This document shows positions 19,846 through 28,963 of a stretch of 64,000 nt of DNA, piece by piece. Position 1 is the first letter of the stretch; every line of letters starts with the position of its first letter. The stretch covers positions 21,710 through 85,709 of the forward strand of contig JACQWV010000061.1 of NCBI GenBank assembly GCA_016209085.1, read 5' to 3'. The stretch comes from Elusimicrobiota bacterium (lineage in GTDB: Bacteria > Elusimicrobiota > Elusimicrobia > Elusimicrobiales > UBA9959). The notes under the pieces are model-generated. The model ran no database searches, was not told the DNA's origin, and worked only from the letters and a program-made list of their open reading frames with translations. The translations under genes and the position numbers were made by a program.

Positions 19846-19988
19846 AAAGTAAAATCTTATTATACAAGTTTTAGTTTTATGGGTAAAATTTAATTTGTTA
19901 TAATAAAACTGCAGTGGTTAGTGGCGAGTGACGAGTGGTTAGTAACTAATCACTGACCACTACGCCACTGATGTTAAAGGAGGAAACT

Positions 19989-21074
19989 ATGGCGATTAAA
20001 ATAGGCATAAACGGTTTCGGAAGAATAGGAAGGCTGGTTGCGAGGGCGATTTTTGAACGAAATGACAGGAATCTGGAGCTTGTGGCTGTAAACGACATAA
20101 CTGACGCAAAAAGCAATGCCCATCTTTTTAAATATGATTCGGTGCACGGCCAGTTCCCGGGAGAAGTAAAAGCCGTAGGAGAAGACGCTATTTCAGTAAA
20201 CGGCAAAATAGTCAAAGTGTTGAAGAAAAAGGACCCTTCGGAACTTCCGTGGAAAGACCTTGGGGTTGAGATTGTGGTGGAATCCACAGGGCTTTTCACT
20301 GTTAAGAAGGATGGTGTAAACAAAAAAGGCAAGGAAGTGAAAGGCGCTGAAAATCACATCACAAAAGGCGGGGCAAAAAAGGTCATAATATCGGCTCCGG
20401 CCGAGGGCGAGGACCTTACCATAGTCATGGGCGTTAATGAGGACAAATACGACTCGCAGAACCACCACGTTGTTTCAAACGCTTCCTGCACCACCAACTG
20501 CCTGGCTCCTGTGGCAAAGATAATTCATGACAAATGGGGCATTGAAAAAGGCCTGATGACCACCATACACGCTTACACAAATGATCAGAAGGTGCAGGAT
20601 ATGGCTCATTCGGATTTAAGGCGCGCAAGGGCGGCAGCCCTGTCAATGATACCCACTTCCACCGGAGCGGCGAAAGCCATAGGGCTTGTAATACCTGAAC
20701 TCAAAGGAAAACTTGACGGGTTTTCCATACGTGTGCCTCTTCCGAACGTCTCCCTTGTTGACCTTTCCGCTCTTGTCTCAAAAACTGTGACTGCTGAGGA
20801 AATAAACGCGGCATTGAAAGAAGCGGCTGGTGGGAAATTTAAAAATATTCTTGGATATACGGAAGAACCGCTTGTATCCATAGATTTTAACCATTCTCCC
20901 CTGAGCGGAGTGGTTGACGGGAAAAGCACAAAGGTCATAGGCGGAAATTTTGTCAAGGTTCTTGCTTGGTATGACAATGAATGGGGTTATTCCTGCCGGG
21001 TGATTGACCTTGTGCTTTACATGAGTAAGCAGAAGTCAGAAGTCAGAGGACAGAAGTCAGAAATTAGAAATTAG
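19989..21074 (+). CDS. gap: glyceraldehyde-3-phosphate dehydrogenase, type I
   Basis: Start moved to the ATG after [16 protein letters not shown] and the [12 protein letters not shown] active site are present. The last ~16 residues are encoded by a tandem word repeat. Confidence 0.95.
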   Translation: MAIKIGINGFGRIGRLVARAIFERNDRNLELVAVNDITDAKSNAHLFKYDSVHGQFPGEVKAVGEDAISVNGKIVKVLKKKDPSELPWKDLGVEIVVESTGLFTVKKDGVNKKGKEVKGAENHITKGGAKKVIISAPAEGEDLTIVMGVNEDKYDSQNHHVVSNASCTTNCLAPVAKIIHDKWGIEKGLMTTIHAYTNDQKVQDMAHSDLRRARAAALSMIPTSTGAAKAIGLVIPELKGKLDGFSIRVPLPNVSLVDLSALVSKTVTAEEINAALKEAAGGKFKNILGYTEEPLVSIDFNHSPLSGVVDGKSTKVIGGNFVKVLAWYDNEWGYSCRVIDLVLYMSKQKSEVRGQKSEIRN

Positions 21075-21089
21075 GAATTGGAATATGTT

Positions 21090-22418
21090 ATGCCGAAAAA
21101 AATTTTGATAATGGGGGCGGCGGGCCGGGATTTCCATAATTTCAACGTTTATTACAGGAATAACCCGGACTACGAGGTAGTCGCTTTTACGGCTTTCCAG
21201 ATACCCAATATAGCGGGCAGAAAATACCCTGCCGGTCTTGCCGGGAACGGTTATCTCAACGGCATACCGATTTATCCCGAGGAAGATTTGCCCGAGTTGG
21301 TTAAAAAATTTAAAGTTGACGAGGTGATTTTTTCCTACAGCGACGTGAGTTTTAACGCGGTAATGTCAAAAGGTTCAATAGCTCTTGCGTGCGGAGCGGA
21401 TTTCAGATTTTTGAGCGGTGAGCATACCATGATAACTTCCGCAAAGCCCGTGATTGCGGTCTGCGCGGTCAGGACCGGCTGCGGCAAGAGCCAGACTTCC
21501 AGAAAAATAGCCACGCTTTTAAAACAGATGGGCAGGAAAACGGTTATCGTGAGGCATCCTATGCCTTACGGGGATTTGGAGAAGCAGATCTGCCAGCGTT
21601 TTGCGTCTTTAAAAGACATGGAAGAGCAGAACTGCACCATAGAGGAAATGGAGGAATACGAGCCTCATATAAGGGAAGGCCATGTGGTTTACGCGGGCGT
21701 GGATTACGGCAAAATCCTTGGTGAAGCCGAGAAAGAGGCGGACGTCATATTGTGGGACGGCGGGAACAATGATTTGCCCTTTTACAAGACTGATTTGCAC
21801 ATAGTAGTGACCGACCCCCTGAGAGCCGGGCATGAATACGCGTATCACCCGGGCGCCACCAATCTGAGAATGGCCGACGTGGTGATAATCAACAAGGTTG
21901 ACACTGCGGAGCCGGACGATGTGGAAGACGTGAAAGACAACATAAAAAGAGTCAATCCCAAAGCCAAGATAATAGAAGCGGAATCCCCTGTTGTGATAGA
22001 AAATGAAAACAGCCGGGTAAAAAATAAAAAGGTTCTTGTGGTTGAAGACGGCCCTACCCTGACTCACGGCGAGATGGATTACGGAGCGGCTTATGTGGCT
22101 GCCAAGCAGTATGGCGCGAAAGAAATACTTGACCCGAGGCCGTACGCGGTCGGCACAATAAAAAAAGTTTACGAACAGTTCAAGCATCTGGAGGACGTCC
22201 TGCCTGCCATGGGATACGGCAAGGAACAGATGAAAGAGCTCAGGGAAACCATAAACGCGGTGCCGGCTGACATCGTTCTCGTGGGCACTCCTATAGACTT
22301 AGCCGCTCATCTTAAATTTAACAAGCCTTCGGTCAGGGTTACCTATTTTCTTAAAGAGCGCACCACGCCCGGACTCAAAGAAATCTTAACGAACCTTTTG
22401 AAAAGGGAGAAAATATGA
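21090..22418 (+). CDS. P-loop protein of the COG2403 / cyclic 2,3-diphosphoglycerate synthetase-like family
   Basis: ILIMGAAGRDFHNFNV N-terminus and an internal P-loop AVRTGCGKSQTS. About 440 aa. Family assignment is from memory of COG2403 ('predicted GTPase'). Confidence 0.5.
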   Translation: MPKKILIMGAAGRDFHNFNVYYRNNPDYEVVAFTAFQIPNIAGRKYPAGLAGNGYLNGIPIYPEEDLPELVKKFKVDEVIFSYSDVSFNAVMSKGSIALACGADFRFLSGEHTMITSAKPVIAVCAVRTGCGKSQTSRKIATLLKQMGRKTVIVRHPMPYGDLEKQICQRFASLKDMEEQNCTIEEMEEYEPHIREGHVVYAGVDYGKILGEAEKEADVILWDGGNNDLPFYKTDLHIVVTDPLRAGHEYAYHPGATNLRMADVVIINKVDTAEPDDVEDVKDNIKRVNPKAKIIEAESPVVIENENSRVKNKKVLVVEDGPTLTHGEMDYGAAYVAAKQYGAKEILDPRPYAVGTIKKVYEQFKHLEDVLPAMGYGKEQMKELRETINAVPADIVLVGTPIDLAAHLKFNKPSVRVTYFLKERTTPGLKEILTNLLKREKI

Positions 22419-23632
22419 CGACCGGAAATAAAGCCATATTGAAGCTTGCCAAGATACAGGACGCTCATATCAAAGGCAAGTCTGTTCTTGTCAGGGTTGA
22501 TTACAACGTTCCGATGGACAAAGGCGTTATAACAGACGATACCAGAATAAAGGAAACGATTAAGACCATAAAATTTCTGCTTGATTTAGATTGCAGGATT
22601 GTCCTGATGTCGCACTTGGGAAGGCCCAAGGGGAAGCAGGATCCCAAATACAGCCTGGCCCCTGTTGCTCCCTGCCTTGAAAAACTGGCAGGAGTCAAGG
22701 TGCATTTTGCTTTAGATTGCGTAGGAGAAGCAGCGAAAAAAACAGTTGCGTCAGCCAAAAACAAGGAGATAGTCCTTCTGGAAAATCTGCGTTACCATCC
22801 GGAAGAGGAGGCGAACGACGAGAATTTCGCCGCCCAGCTTGCCAAACATGCGGAATTCTTCGTGCAGGACGCATTCGGAGCGATTCACAGGGCGCACGCT
22901 TCCACTTCCGCAATCGCGAAACTTCTTCCCGGCGCCATAGGCTTTCTGGTTCAGAAGGAACTGGAATATCTTGACAAAGCCATGATAAACCCTGCAAGGC
23001 CTTTTGTGGCTTTGATAGGAGGGGCCAAAGTATCCGACAAGATAAACGTGCTTTACAGTCTTATTGACAAGGTGGATACCTTGATGATAGGCGGCGGCAT
23101 GGCTTATACTTTTCTAGCTGCCCAGCACAGCAATATAGGCAAATCCCTTCTGGAGCAGGAAAAAATACGGGAAGCCAGGGAAATCATACTCAAAGCTTTC
23201 AAAAACAACGTGGAAATCCTTCTGCCCGCTGACCATGTGGTGGTGAAAGAAATCAAGCCTGACGCGGCAAAAGAGACTACCCAGTCAATGGCGATAGCCG
23301 AGGAGTGGATAGGCGTTGACATAGGCCCGAGGACGGAATTACTGTTCGGGGAGAAGATAAAATCAGCCAAAACGATTTTCTGGAACGGGCCTGTCGGGAT
23401 ATTTGAAACGGATGCGTTTTCAGCCGGAACCAAAACCGTTGCAAAGGCCATGGCCGAAGCCACCAAGCACGGCGCGGTTACGATTCTCGGCGGGGGAGAT
23501 ACCGTGTCCGCTTTAAAGAAAGCGGACGTGGGCGTAGAACAGGTTTCCCATTGCTCAACAGGCGGCGGGGCAAGTCTTGAATTCATGGAAGGCAAGATGC
23601 TGCCCGGCCTTGTGGCATTGTCGCAGAAATAG
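22415..23632 (+). CDS. pgk: phosphoglycerate kinase
   Basis: RVDYNVP and SHLGRPKG motifs, plus STGGGASLEF at the C-terminus. ATGA overlap with the upstream gene. Confidence 0.95.
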   Translation: MTTGNKAILKLAKIQDAHIKGKSVLVRVDYNVPMDKGVITDDTRIKETIKTIKFLLDLDCRIVLMSHLGRPKGKQDPKYSLAPVAPCLEKLAGVKVHFALDCVGEAAKKTVASAKNKEIVLLENLRYHPEEEANDENFAAQLAKHAEFFVQDAFGAIHRAHASTSAIAKLLPGAIGFLVQKELEYLDKAMINPARPFVALIGGAKVSDKINVLYSLIDKVDTLMIGGGMAYTFLAAQHSNIGKSLLEQEKIREAREIILKAFKNNVEILLPADHVVVKEIKPDAAKETTQSMAIAEEWIGVDIGPRTELLFGEKIKSAKTIFWNGPVGIFETDAFSAGTKTVAKAMAEATKHGAVTILGGGDTVSALKKADVGVEQVSHCSTGGGASLEFMEGKMLPGLVALSQK

Positions 23633-23725
23633 TAGGGGCTCAATTTATTGAGCCCGCAATAGAAAACGGGTTTGATAAATCAAACCCCTACAATTTAGAG
23701 AAGGTTACAATAATTGGAGGTTCCT

Positions 23726-24085
23726 ATGTACGGATTTATATATTTTGTGCACATTCTCGTATGCGTGATTTTGATAATAGCTATTCTGGTTTTCCAGACC
23801 AGCAAAGGCTCCGCCCTTTCCATGTTCGGAGGAGGGGGGGATTCCCTTTTCATGAGCAGCACCGGAACAACTTTTATCAAAAAGTTTACAATAGGCGCCG
23901 CAATAGTATTCGCAATTACGTCGCTTTTATTGACTTTGCTCTCCCCGACCCTGAGCCTGCGTTCCGTAACTCAATCCTATCCCTTCCAGGCGGCTCCCCA
24001 GCAGCAGGAGCAGAAGACTCCGACTGCCGCTCCTTCCGGCGGACAGTCTGCAAAACCTTCGCCCCCGGCGGCTGAAAAAAAATAA
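23726..24085 (+). CDS. secG: preprotein translocase subunit SecG with Pro/Ala/Gln-rich tail
   Basis: Start moved to the ATG after GGAGG. Two TM helices are separated by a Gly-rich loop (SMFGGGGDSLF). The gap-pgk-secG neighbourhood is classic. Confidence 0.7.
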   Translation: MYGFIYFVHILVCVILIIAILVFQTSKGSALSMFGGGGDSLFMSSTGTTFIKKFTIGAAIVFAITSLLLTLLSPTLSLRSVTQSYPFQAAPQQQEQKTPTAAPSGGQSAKPSPPAAEKK

Positions 24086-24087
24086 AA

Positions 24088-25668
24088 TCATTTCATTACT
24101 TTGTTTTCAAAAGCTCTTATTATTTCAGAGAGTTGTTCCGGGTTTTTAGCCGACAGCAGTTTTTTTCTTAGGGTCAGGTTTGATATGAGGCCGGAGAGTT
24201 GAGAGAGGATGTTTAACTGAAAGGTCGGCTCATTGTAAGGAGTCAGTATTATAAATATGAGTTTTACGGGCTGGTTGTCAGGCGAGGGAAAATATATGCC
24301 GTGCTGGCTTTTGCCGATGGAAAGGAGCGGTTTATTCAGGGATTCCAGCCTTGCGTGGGGGAAAGCGGTCTGGTGTCCGAGAGCGGTTGAAAAATTCGTT
24401 TCCCTTTTTATTATGGCGTTTACGGCCGCTTCTTTGTCAAACATGGGATACGAAGCATGCAGTCTGGCAGCGAGATATTTTATCGTCTCAAATCTGCCTG
24501 TGGCTCCTGTGGCGTCAAGATTCAGCTCTAAGGCTTCTTTTACCAGTATCCTGCTCAGAAGTATCGGCGGGGCTTTTTCAAATTCGTCCCTGATTTCCCC
24601 TGCCAGTTCTTCAAGCAGGTCTTCCATTGTAAGAAGGCCTGTGATTTCTCCTCTGGAATTTTTGACCAGAGCTATCTGTATGCGTTTTTCCTGTAATTCC
24701 CTGAGCGCTCTTTCGGCTGAAATATCCTCTGATATGGAATGAATTTCCCTCTGGAGTTTTTCAATATCCGGAACAGCGCCTCCGGCGCCCCATGTGCCGG
24801 AGGCTATGCCGACGGCCGGGTTCTCGCGCTTTAACTCTAAGTCTAAAAACGACAGGGATATGTCCTTGAAATGAATAAAGCCGAAAATATCTTCCGGGGA
24901 TGCGCGAGCCAGAGGATATCTGGAAAGTTTCTTTTCTTTTATTATGCTGAGGTTTTCAATCCACGGTTTATCCGCCGAGAGATATACTATGGAATTTTTG
25001 GGAGTCATTATTTCTTTGACCTTGGTGCGGCCGAAGTCAAAAAGATTTTCAAACATCATGAGTCTGCCCAGGGATATTCTCCCGTGCTCCTGGGACTGGC
25101 CGAGAATCATTCTGAGCTCTTCTTCGGAATGAAGCAGTTCGCTTTCAGACGGTTTTATGCGGAAAAGCTTCAGAATGAAATTGGCGCTTGTGTTTATGAA
25201 AAGCATCGGGTAATAGGCAAGCCGGTAGAATATGTTAAGAGGCACAGCGCACAACAGGGTCGTCTTTTCAGGAGTCATTATGGCCATGTATTTCGGCACC
25301 TGCTCTCCTATTATGACGTGCAGCGCCGTTATTATGATGAATGCCAATCCGAAAGAGATGGAATACGTGATTGTTTTGGATAAAGGGAGGCTGAAATATT
25401 CAAAAAACGGATGTATTAATTTAGCCAGCGCAGGCTCTCCTATCCATCCAAGACCAAGGCTCGCGGCGGTGATGCCTAATTGTATGGCTGAAAGGTATCC
25501 GTCTAAGTGCTGGACCGCGTTTTTTGCGATTTTGGCTATCTGGTTTCCCTTTGAGGACAATTCTTCAAGCCTTGTGAATCTTACTTTGACTATGGCGAAT
25601 TCAGCCAGAACGAAAAAAGCGTTAAGGAGAAGAAAAATTAAAGCGGCAAGGAAGGCAAGATAATCCAT
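24088..25668 (-). CDS. CNNM/CorB-type DUF21-CBS-CBS protein fused to a C-terminal PTS EIIA(Ntr)-like domain
   Basis: Start moved to MDYLAFLAAL because the track start overlaps tRNA-Leu. The N-terminus is a DUF21 TM domain, followed by a CBS pair. The C-terminus (ALGHQTAFPHARLESLNKP...VKLIFIILTP) resembles PtsN/EIIA-2. Confidence 0.7.
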   Translation of the reverse strand: MDYLAFLAALIFLLLNAFFVLAEFAIVKVRFTRLEELSSKGNQIAKIAKNAVQHLDGYLSAIQLGITAASLGLGWIGEPALAKLIHPFFEYFSLPLSKTITYSISFGLAFIIITALHVIIGEQVPKYMAIMTPEKTTLLCAVPLNIFYRLAYYPMLFINTSANFILKLFRIKPSESELLHSEEELRMILGQSQEHGRISLGRLMMFENLFDFGRTKVKEIMTPKNSIVYLSADKPWIENLSIIKEKKLSRYPLARASPEDIFGFIHFKDISLSFLDLELKRENPAVGIASGTWGAGGAVPDIEKLQREIHSISEDISAERALRELQEKRIQIALVKNSRGEITGLLTMEDLLEELAGEIRDEFEKAPPILLSRILVKEALELNLDATGATGRFETIKYLAARLHASYPMFDKEAAVNAIIKRETNFSTALGHQTAFPHARLESLNKPLLSIGKSQHGIYFPSPDNQPVKLIFIILTPYNEPTFQLNILSQLSGLISNLTLRKKLLSAKNPEQLSEIIRAFENKVMK

Positions 25669-25679
25669 AAGGAAATATT

Positions 25680-25761
25680 TGCGCGGGGTGGGACTTGAAC
25701 CCACATGCCTTTCGGCATACGCCCCTCAAACGTACGCGTATACCAATTCCGCCACCCGCGC
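25680..25761 (-). tRNA. tRNA-Leu (anticodon GAG), class II with long variable arm
   Basis: Hand-folded. Acceptor GCGCGGG/CCCGCGC, anticodon stem UACGU/GCGUA, loop UUGAGGG, variable hairpin GCC-GAAA-GGC, T arm GUGGG-UUCAAGU-CCCAC, discriminator A. No encoded CCA. Confidence 0.85.
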
Positions 25762-25800
25762 ATCTTATTTATTTTATAATTTTCTGATTCAATTCACAAA

Positions 25801-27048
25801 ATGTTAAAATATTCTTCAACGCTGTTCATGAACAAATATTTTCCCCAAAAAATTATAAAAGAAATAGTCAAAAAAATCAGCACGCCCGTATATATCTATT
25901 CCCGCGAAAAATTAATTAAAAATTTTAAGGCCTATCAAAAAGCTTTCAGCAATTTTGACACCTTGATTTGCTATGCTCTCAAAGCCAATTCCAATAAGGC
26001 GGTATGCAGCGAACTTGCCTGGCTGGCAGCTGGCGCGGATGCGGTTTCAGGGGGAGAGCTTTTCAGGGCATTGAGAGCCGGGTTTAAACCGGAAAAAATA
26101 GTTTTTTCAGGCGCGGGCAAAACGCGGGAAGAGATTGAGTATGCCTTGACAAAGCGGATATTGATGATTAACGCGGAATCTTTTGAAGAACTGCTCGTTC
26201 TGGAAAAGACCGCTAAGAAGTTGAAAACTGCGGCAGATTTCTCGGTAAGAATAAATCCCGACATTGACCCCCATACCCATAAATTCATAACAACCGGCAA
26301 AGCAGGCACCAAATTCGGAGTCGCTCCGGCTGAAGCGTTTGAAATGTACCTTTATTCAAAGAAATCAAAATTTCTTAATCCTGTCGGGATTCACTGCCAT
26401 CTGGGTTCCCAGATTGATTCTGCCGGGCCGTACAAACTTGCTCTGCAAGTCGTTGCCGGATTGGCAAAAAGGCTCTCTTCGGCCGGCATTTTCCTGAAGT
26501 ACGTTGATATAGGAGGAGGATGGGCTGTAAGCGAAAGGAACGGAAAGATGAAATCCCCTGAAATCCTTTTTAAAACTCTTTCATCAGGCATGGCGTCTTT
26601 AAACGGGGTGAAATTGATAATTGAACCGGGAAGATCGCTTATAGCTTCGGCCGGAATTCTGGCAACAAAGGTCCTTTACCGCAAAAAAAGCGGGAAGAAA
26701 AACTTTGTTATCGTTGACGCGGGCATGAATGATTTTATAAGGCCTGCGTTTTATGGCGCTGAACATCTGATAATTCCGCTTGTCAAAAGAAAGGGGAAGC
26801 AGGTGAACGTTGACGTCGCGGGCCCGGTGTGCGAGACAGCCGATTTGCTTGGGAAAAACGTAAAAATGCCTTTACCTGAACAAGACGATTTGCTCATACT
26901 GTATCCGGCAGGCGCTTACGGTTTTTCAATGAGTTCTCAGTACAATTCCAGGCCAAGACCCGCTGAAGTAATGGTTTGTTCTGCAAATAAATGGCAGGTT
27001 ATAAGAAAAAGAGAAACATACCGGGATTTAATCGCGGGAGAAAAATAA
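25801..27048 (+). CDS. lysA: diaminopimelate decarboxylase
   Basis: TPVYIYS and YALKANSN (PLP-lysine region) motifs. 415 aa, with a fold-III decarboxylase layout. The start may instead be 25828. Confidence 0.8.
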   Translation: MLKYSSTLFMNKYFPQKIIKEIVKKISTPVYIYSREKLIKNFKAYQKAFSNFDTLICYALKANSNKAVCSELAWLAAGADAVSGGELFRALRAGFKPEKIVFSGAGKTREEIEYALTKRILMINAESFEELLVLEKTAKKLKTAADFSVRINPDIDPHTHKFITTGKAGTKFGVAPAEAFEMYLYSKKSKFLNPVGIHCHLGSQIDSAGPYKLALQVVAGLAKRLSSAGIFLKYVDIGGGWAVSERNGKMKSPEILFKTLSSGMASLNGVKLIIEPGRSLIASAGILATKVLYRKKSGKKNFVIVDAGMNDFIRPAFYGAEHLIIPLVKRKGKQVNVDVAGPVCETADLLGKNVKMPLPEQDDLLILYPAGAYGFSMSSQYNSRPRPAEVMVCSANKWQVIRKRETYRDLIAGEK

Positions 27049-28116
27049 CTTTTTAATATTTTCAAGATTTGCCGGAACAACTTGTGCGGCGGGAGGGATG
27101 TCAGGAAAGAAAATTTCCTTTTTAAGTTCAGGAATCATCTGGTAAAGACCATCACCCGGGCAATCGGTTGCGTTTAAATCCCTGTGCCCGAAAAAACTGC
27201 TAACCCGTATTTCATAAGTTTCTGAAACATATCTGCCTAAATTCACGATTGCATCAAAAGTTTTAACAGTCGGCGTGTCCGATTCAGGGGGATGGTAGTT
27301 TCCCATCACGGATATTCCTGCGTTGTTGGTGTTCTTCCATTTTGCGTGCGCTCCCACGACGTTTACCGGCCTTCCCTCAAATATGTTGCCGTACGGGTCA
27401 ATAAGAAAGTGATACCCTATGTCTATCCATCCGCGGGCGTTTTGATGGTAATCCTGGATAAACTGAACTTCGTCAAAAGATTCTTCAGGATTTAACGGGT
27501 ACCTTCCTGCAGTATGGTGAAGAGTGAGCATTCTGGGCGTGTGCGGGGTGTACGGCTGCGTGGGGGGACTGGCGCCCCACTGTCCTCTGACGATTATTCC
27601 CGGCATGGGAAAGCTTGAAACCTGCACGGGTTGTTCGGGCCTTTCAGAATACGCCTCTCTATCCTCCTTAAGCTGGGATTCTATGAATATCTCGGCTTCA
27701 TAAACCGCGAAAACATGGTCAAATTTCACTCCTGAATTTATCGCCGCGATTTTCAAAGGCTGGTCCGTAAGGGCTTTTAGTTTGAATTTTGCCCAGAATC
27801 TTCCGCTGTGAAATCTTCTCAGCGCAACAGGTTCGTATTTCTCATACTGTGAAAACAGGAAGAACTTTTGTTTAACCCATATTTCAAGTTTCAAATTTGC
27901 ATCAGGCATTTCCCCGTGTATCAGCGCCACATCGTACTTTTTTGAAGGCTGATTGCTTAATTCTGATTCAAAAACTATCGCGCCTATTTTTTCGGAAGCG
28001 GATATTTTTGAATATATGGGGGTAGGCCTTTCTTTAAAAATTATTGAACTTTCGCCCTCTCCCGCGCAGGAAGGATTTGTTCCGGAAAGAAAAAACAAAA
28101 AAACCAGTTTGAGCAT
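27028..28116 (-). CDS. secreted N-acetylmuramoyl-L-alanine amidase (Amidase_2/PGRP domain)
   Basis: Signal peptide. LTLHHTAG, GWIDIGYHFLIDPYGNIFEGRP and HRDLNATDCPG motifs are present. Confidence 0.75.
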   Translation of the reverse strand: MLKLVFLFFLSGTNPSCAGEGESSIIFKERPTPIYSKISASEKIGAIVFESELSNQPSKKYDVALIHGEMPDANLKLEIWVKQKFFLFSQYEKYEPVALRRFHSGRFWAKFKLKALTDQPLKIAAINSGVKFDHVFAVYEAEIFIESQLKEDREAYSERPEQPVQVSSFPMPGIIVRGQWGASPPTQPYTPHTPRMLTLHHTAGRYPLNPEESFDEVQFIQDYHQNARGWIDIGYHFLIDPYGNIFEGRPVNVVGAHAKWKNTNNAGISVMGNYHPPESDTPTVKTFDAIVNLGRYVSETYEIRVSSFFGHRDLNATDCPGDGLYQMIPELKKEIFFPDIPPAAQVVPANLENIKKLFFSRD

Positions 28117-28192
28117 ATACCAAGAAATAGTTTATTTTATGTTTTTACCAGTGTAAAGTGCCAAAAGTCCTATTTGAATTCAAAGGTAACTG

Positions 28193-28963
28193 TTACCTTT
28201 TTGGGTTATGGCGAGTAAATTCCACAAGTTTGGCGTATTTAAAAAAAGAGCCTCCTGCCTTTGTGAGGGCTATTACAAGTCCGTCAAGACCTTCAAGAAA
28301 GCCCGATTTAAGAACATATATTTTAAAGAACATTCCAAGCCCGTGAAAAACCGCCGTAAAACCGTTTGATGTTTTTCCTTTATGTTTCAATTCAGCCGCT
28401 ATGGACGAGGAATATGAATTGAGTTTGTGCAGCATATCGGAATATCCGGAAAAACTCAAATGTTCTATGGGTTTTTTAAGTTCTTTTAAAGTGTCTCTAG
28501 CAACCCATTTTTCATGCACTCCTTCTGAAAAAAAGCCCTGGTTTTTTTTAACTAACCTTATTACCCTGTCCGGCCAGAACCCCGCGTGTTTTATCCATTT
28601 GTCCCTGAGCAGGTTTTTTCGCGGGAAACTATACGCGTCTGCCGCCGGGTGTTTCAGGGTTTCAGCGATTTCCTCCTGCGTTTCAGGAGGAATTCTCTCG
28701 TCGGCGTCCAGAACCAGAACCCATTGATTTCTGCATTTTGAAATAGCGCTATTTTTTTGCGGGCCGTAACCTTTCCAGTCTTCAATAAAAATTTTTGCGT
28801 CCAGACTTTCAACTATCTGAACGGTTTTATCCGTGCTGCGGGAATCAACGACTACAATCTCGTCTGCAAAAGAAACGCTTTTAATGCAGGCTGCAATGTT
28901 TTTTTCTTCGTTTTTTGTGATAATCACGGCTGATAATGGGATTTTAGGCCGTTCCATTGGCAT
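28193..28963 (-). CDS. glycosyltransferase family 2 (LPS-core WaaE/KdtX-like)
   Basis: LSAVIITKNEEKNIAACIKSVSFADEIVVVDSRSTDKT N-terminus and a DADE motif. Confidence 0.8.
   Translation of the reverse strand: MPMERPKIPLSAVIITKNEEKNIAACIKSVSFADEIVVVDSRSTDKTVQIVESLDAKIFIEDWKGYGPQKNSAISKCRNQWVLVLDADERIPPETQEEIAETLKHPAADAYSFPRKNLLRDKWIKHAGFWPDRVIRLVKKNQGFFSEGVHEKWVARDTLKELKKPIEHLSFSGYSDMLHKLNSYSSSIAAELKHKGKTSNGFTAVFHGLGMFFKIYVLKSGFLEGLDGLVIALTKAGGSFFKYAKLVEFTRHNPKR

Noticed and set aside
23633-23713. A missing tpiA might be hidden in the pgk-secG spacer.
   Set aside because: The spacer is only about 90 nt and consists of two hairpins (GGGGCTCAA-TTT-ATTGAGCCC and GGGTTTGAT-AA-ATCAAACCC). There is no room for a gene.
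25669-25704. The track start of the CNNM-like gene is at 25704.
   Set aside because: It would overlap tRNA-Leu (25680..25761) on the same strand. The internal ATG at 25668 begins the hydrophobic DUF21 N-terminus.
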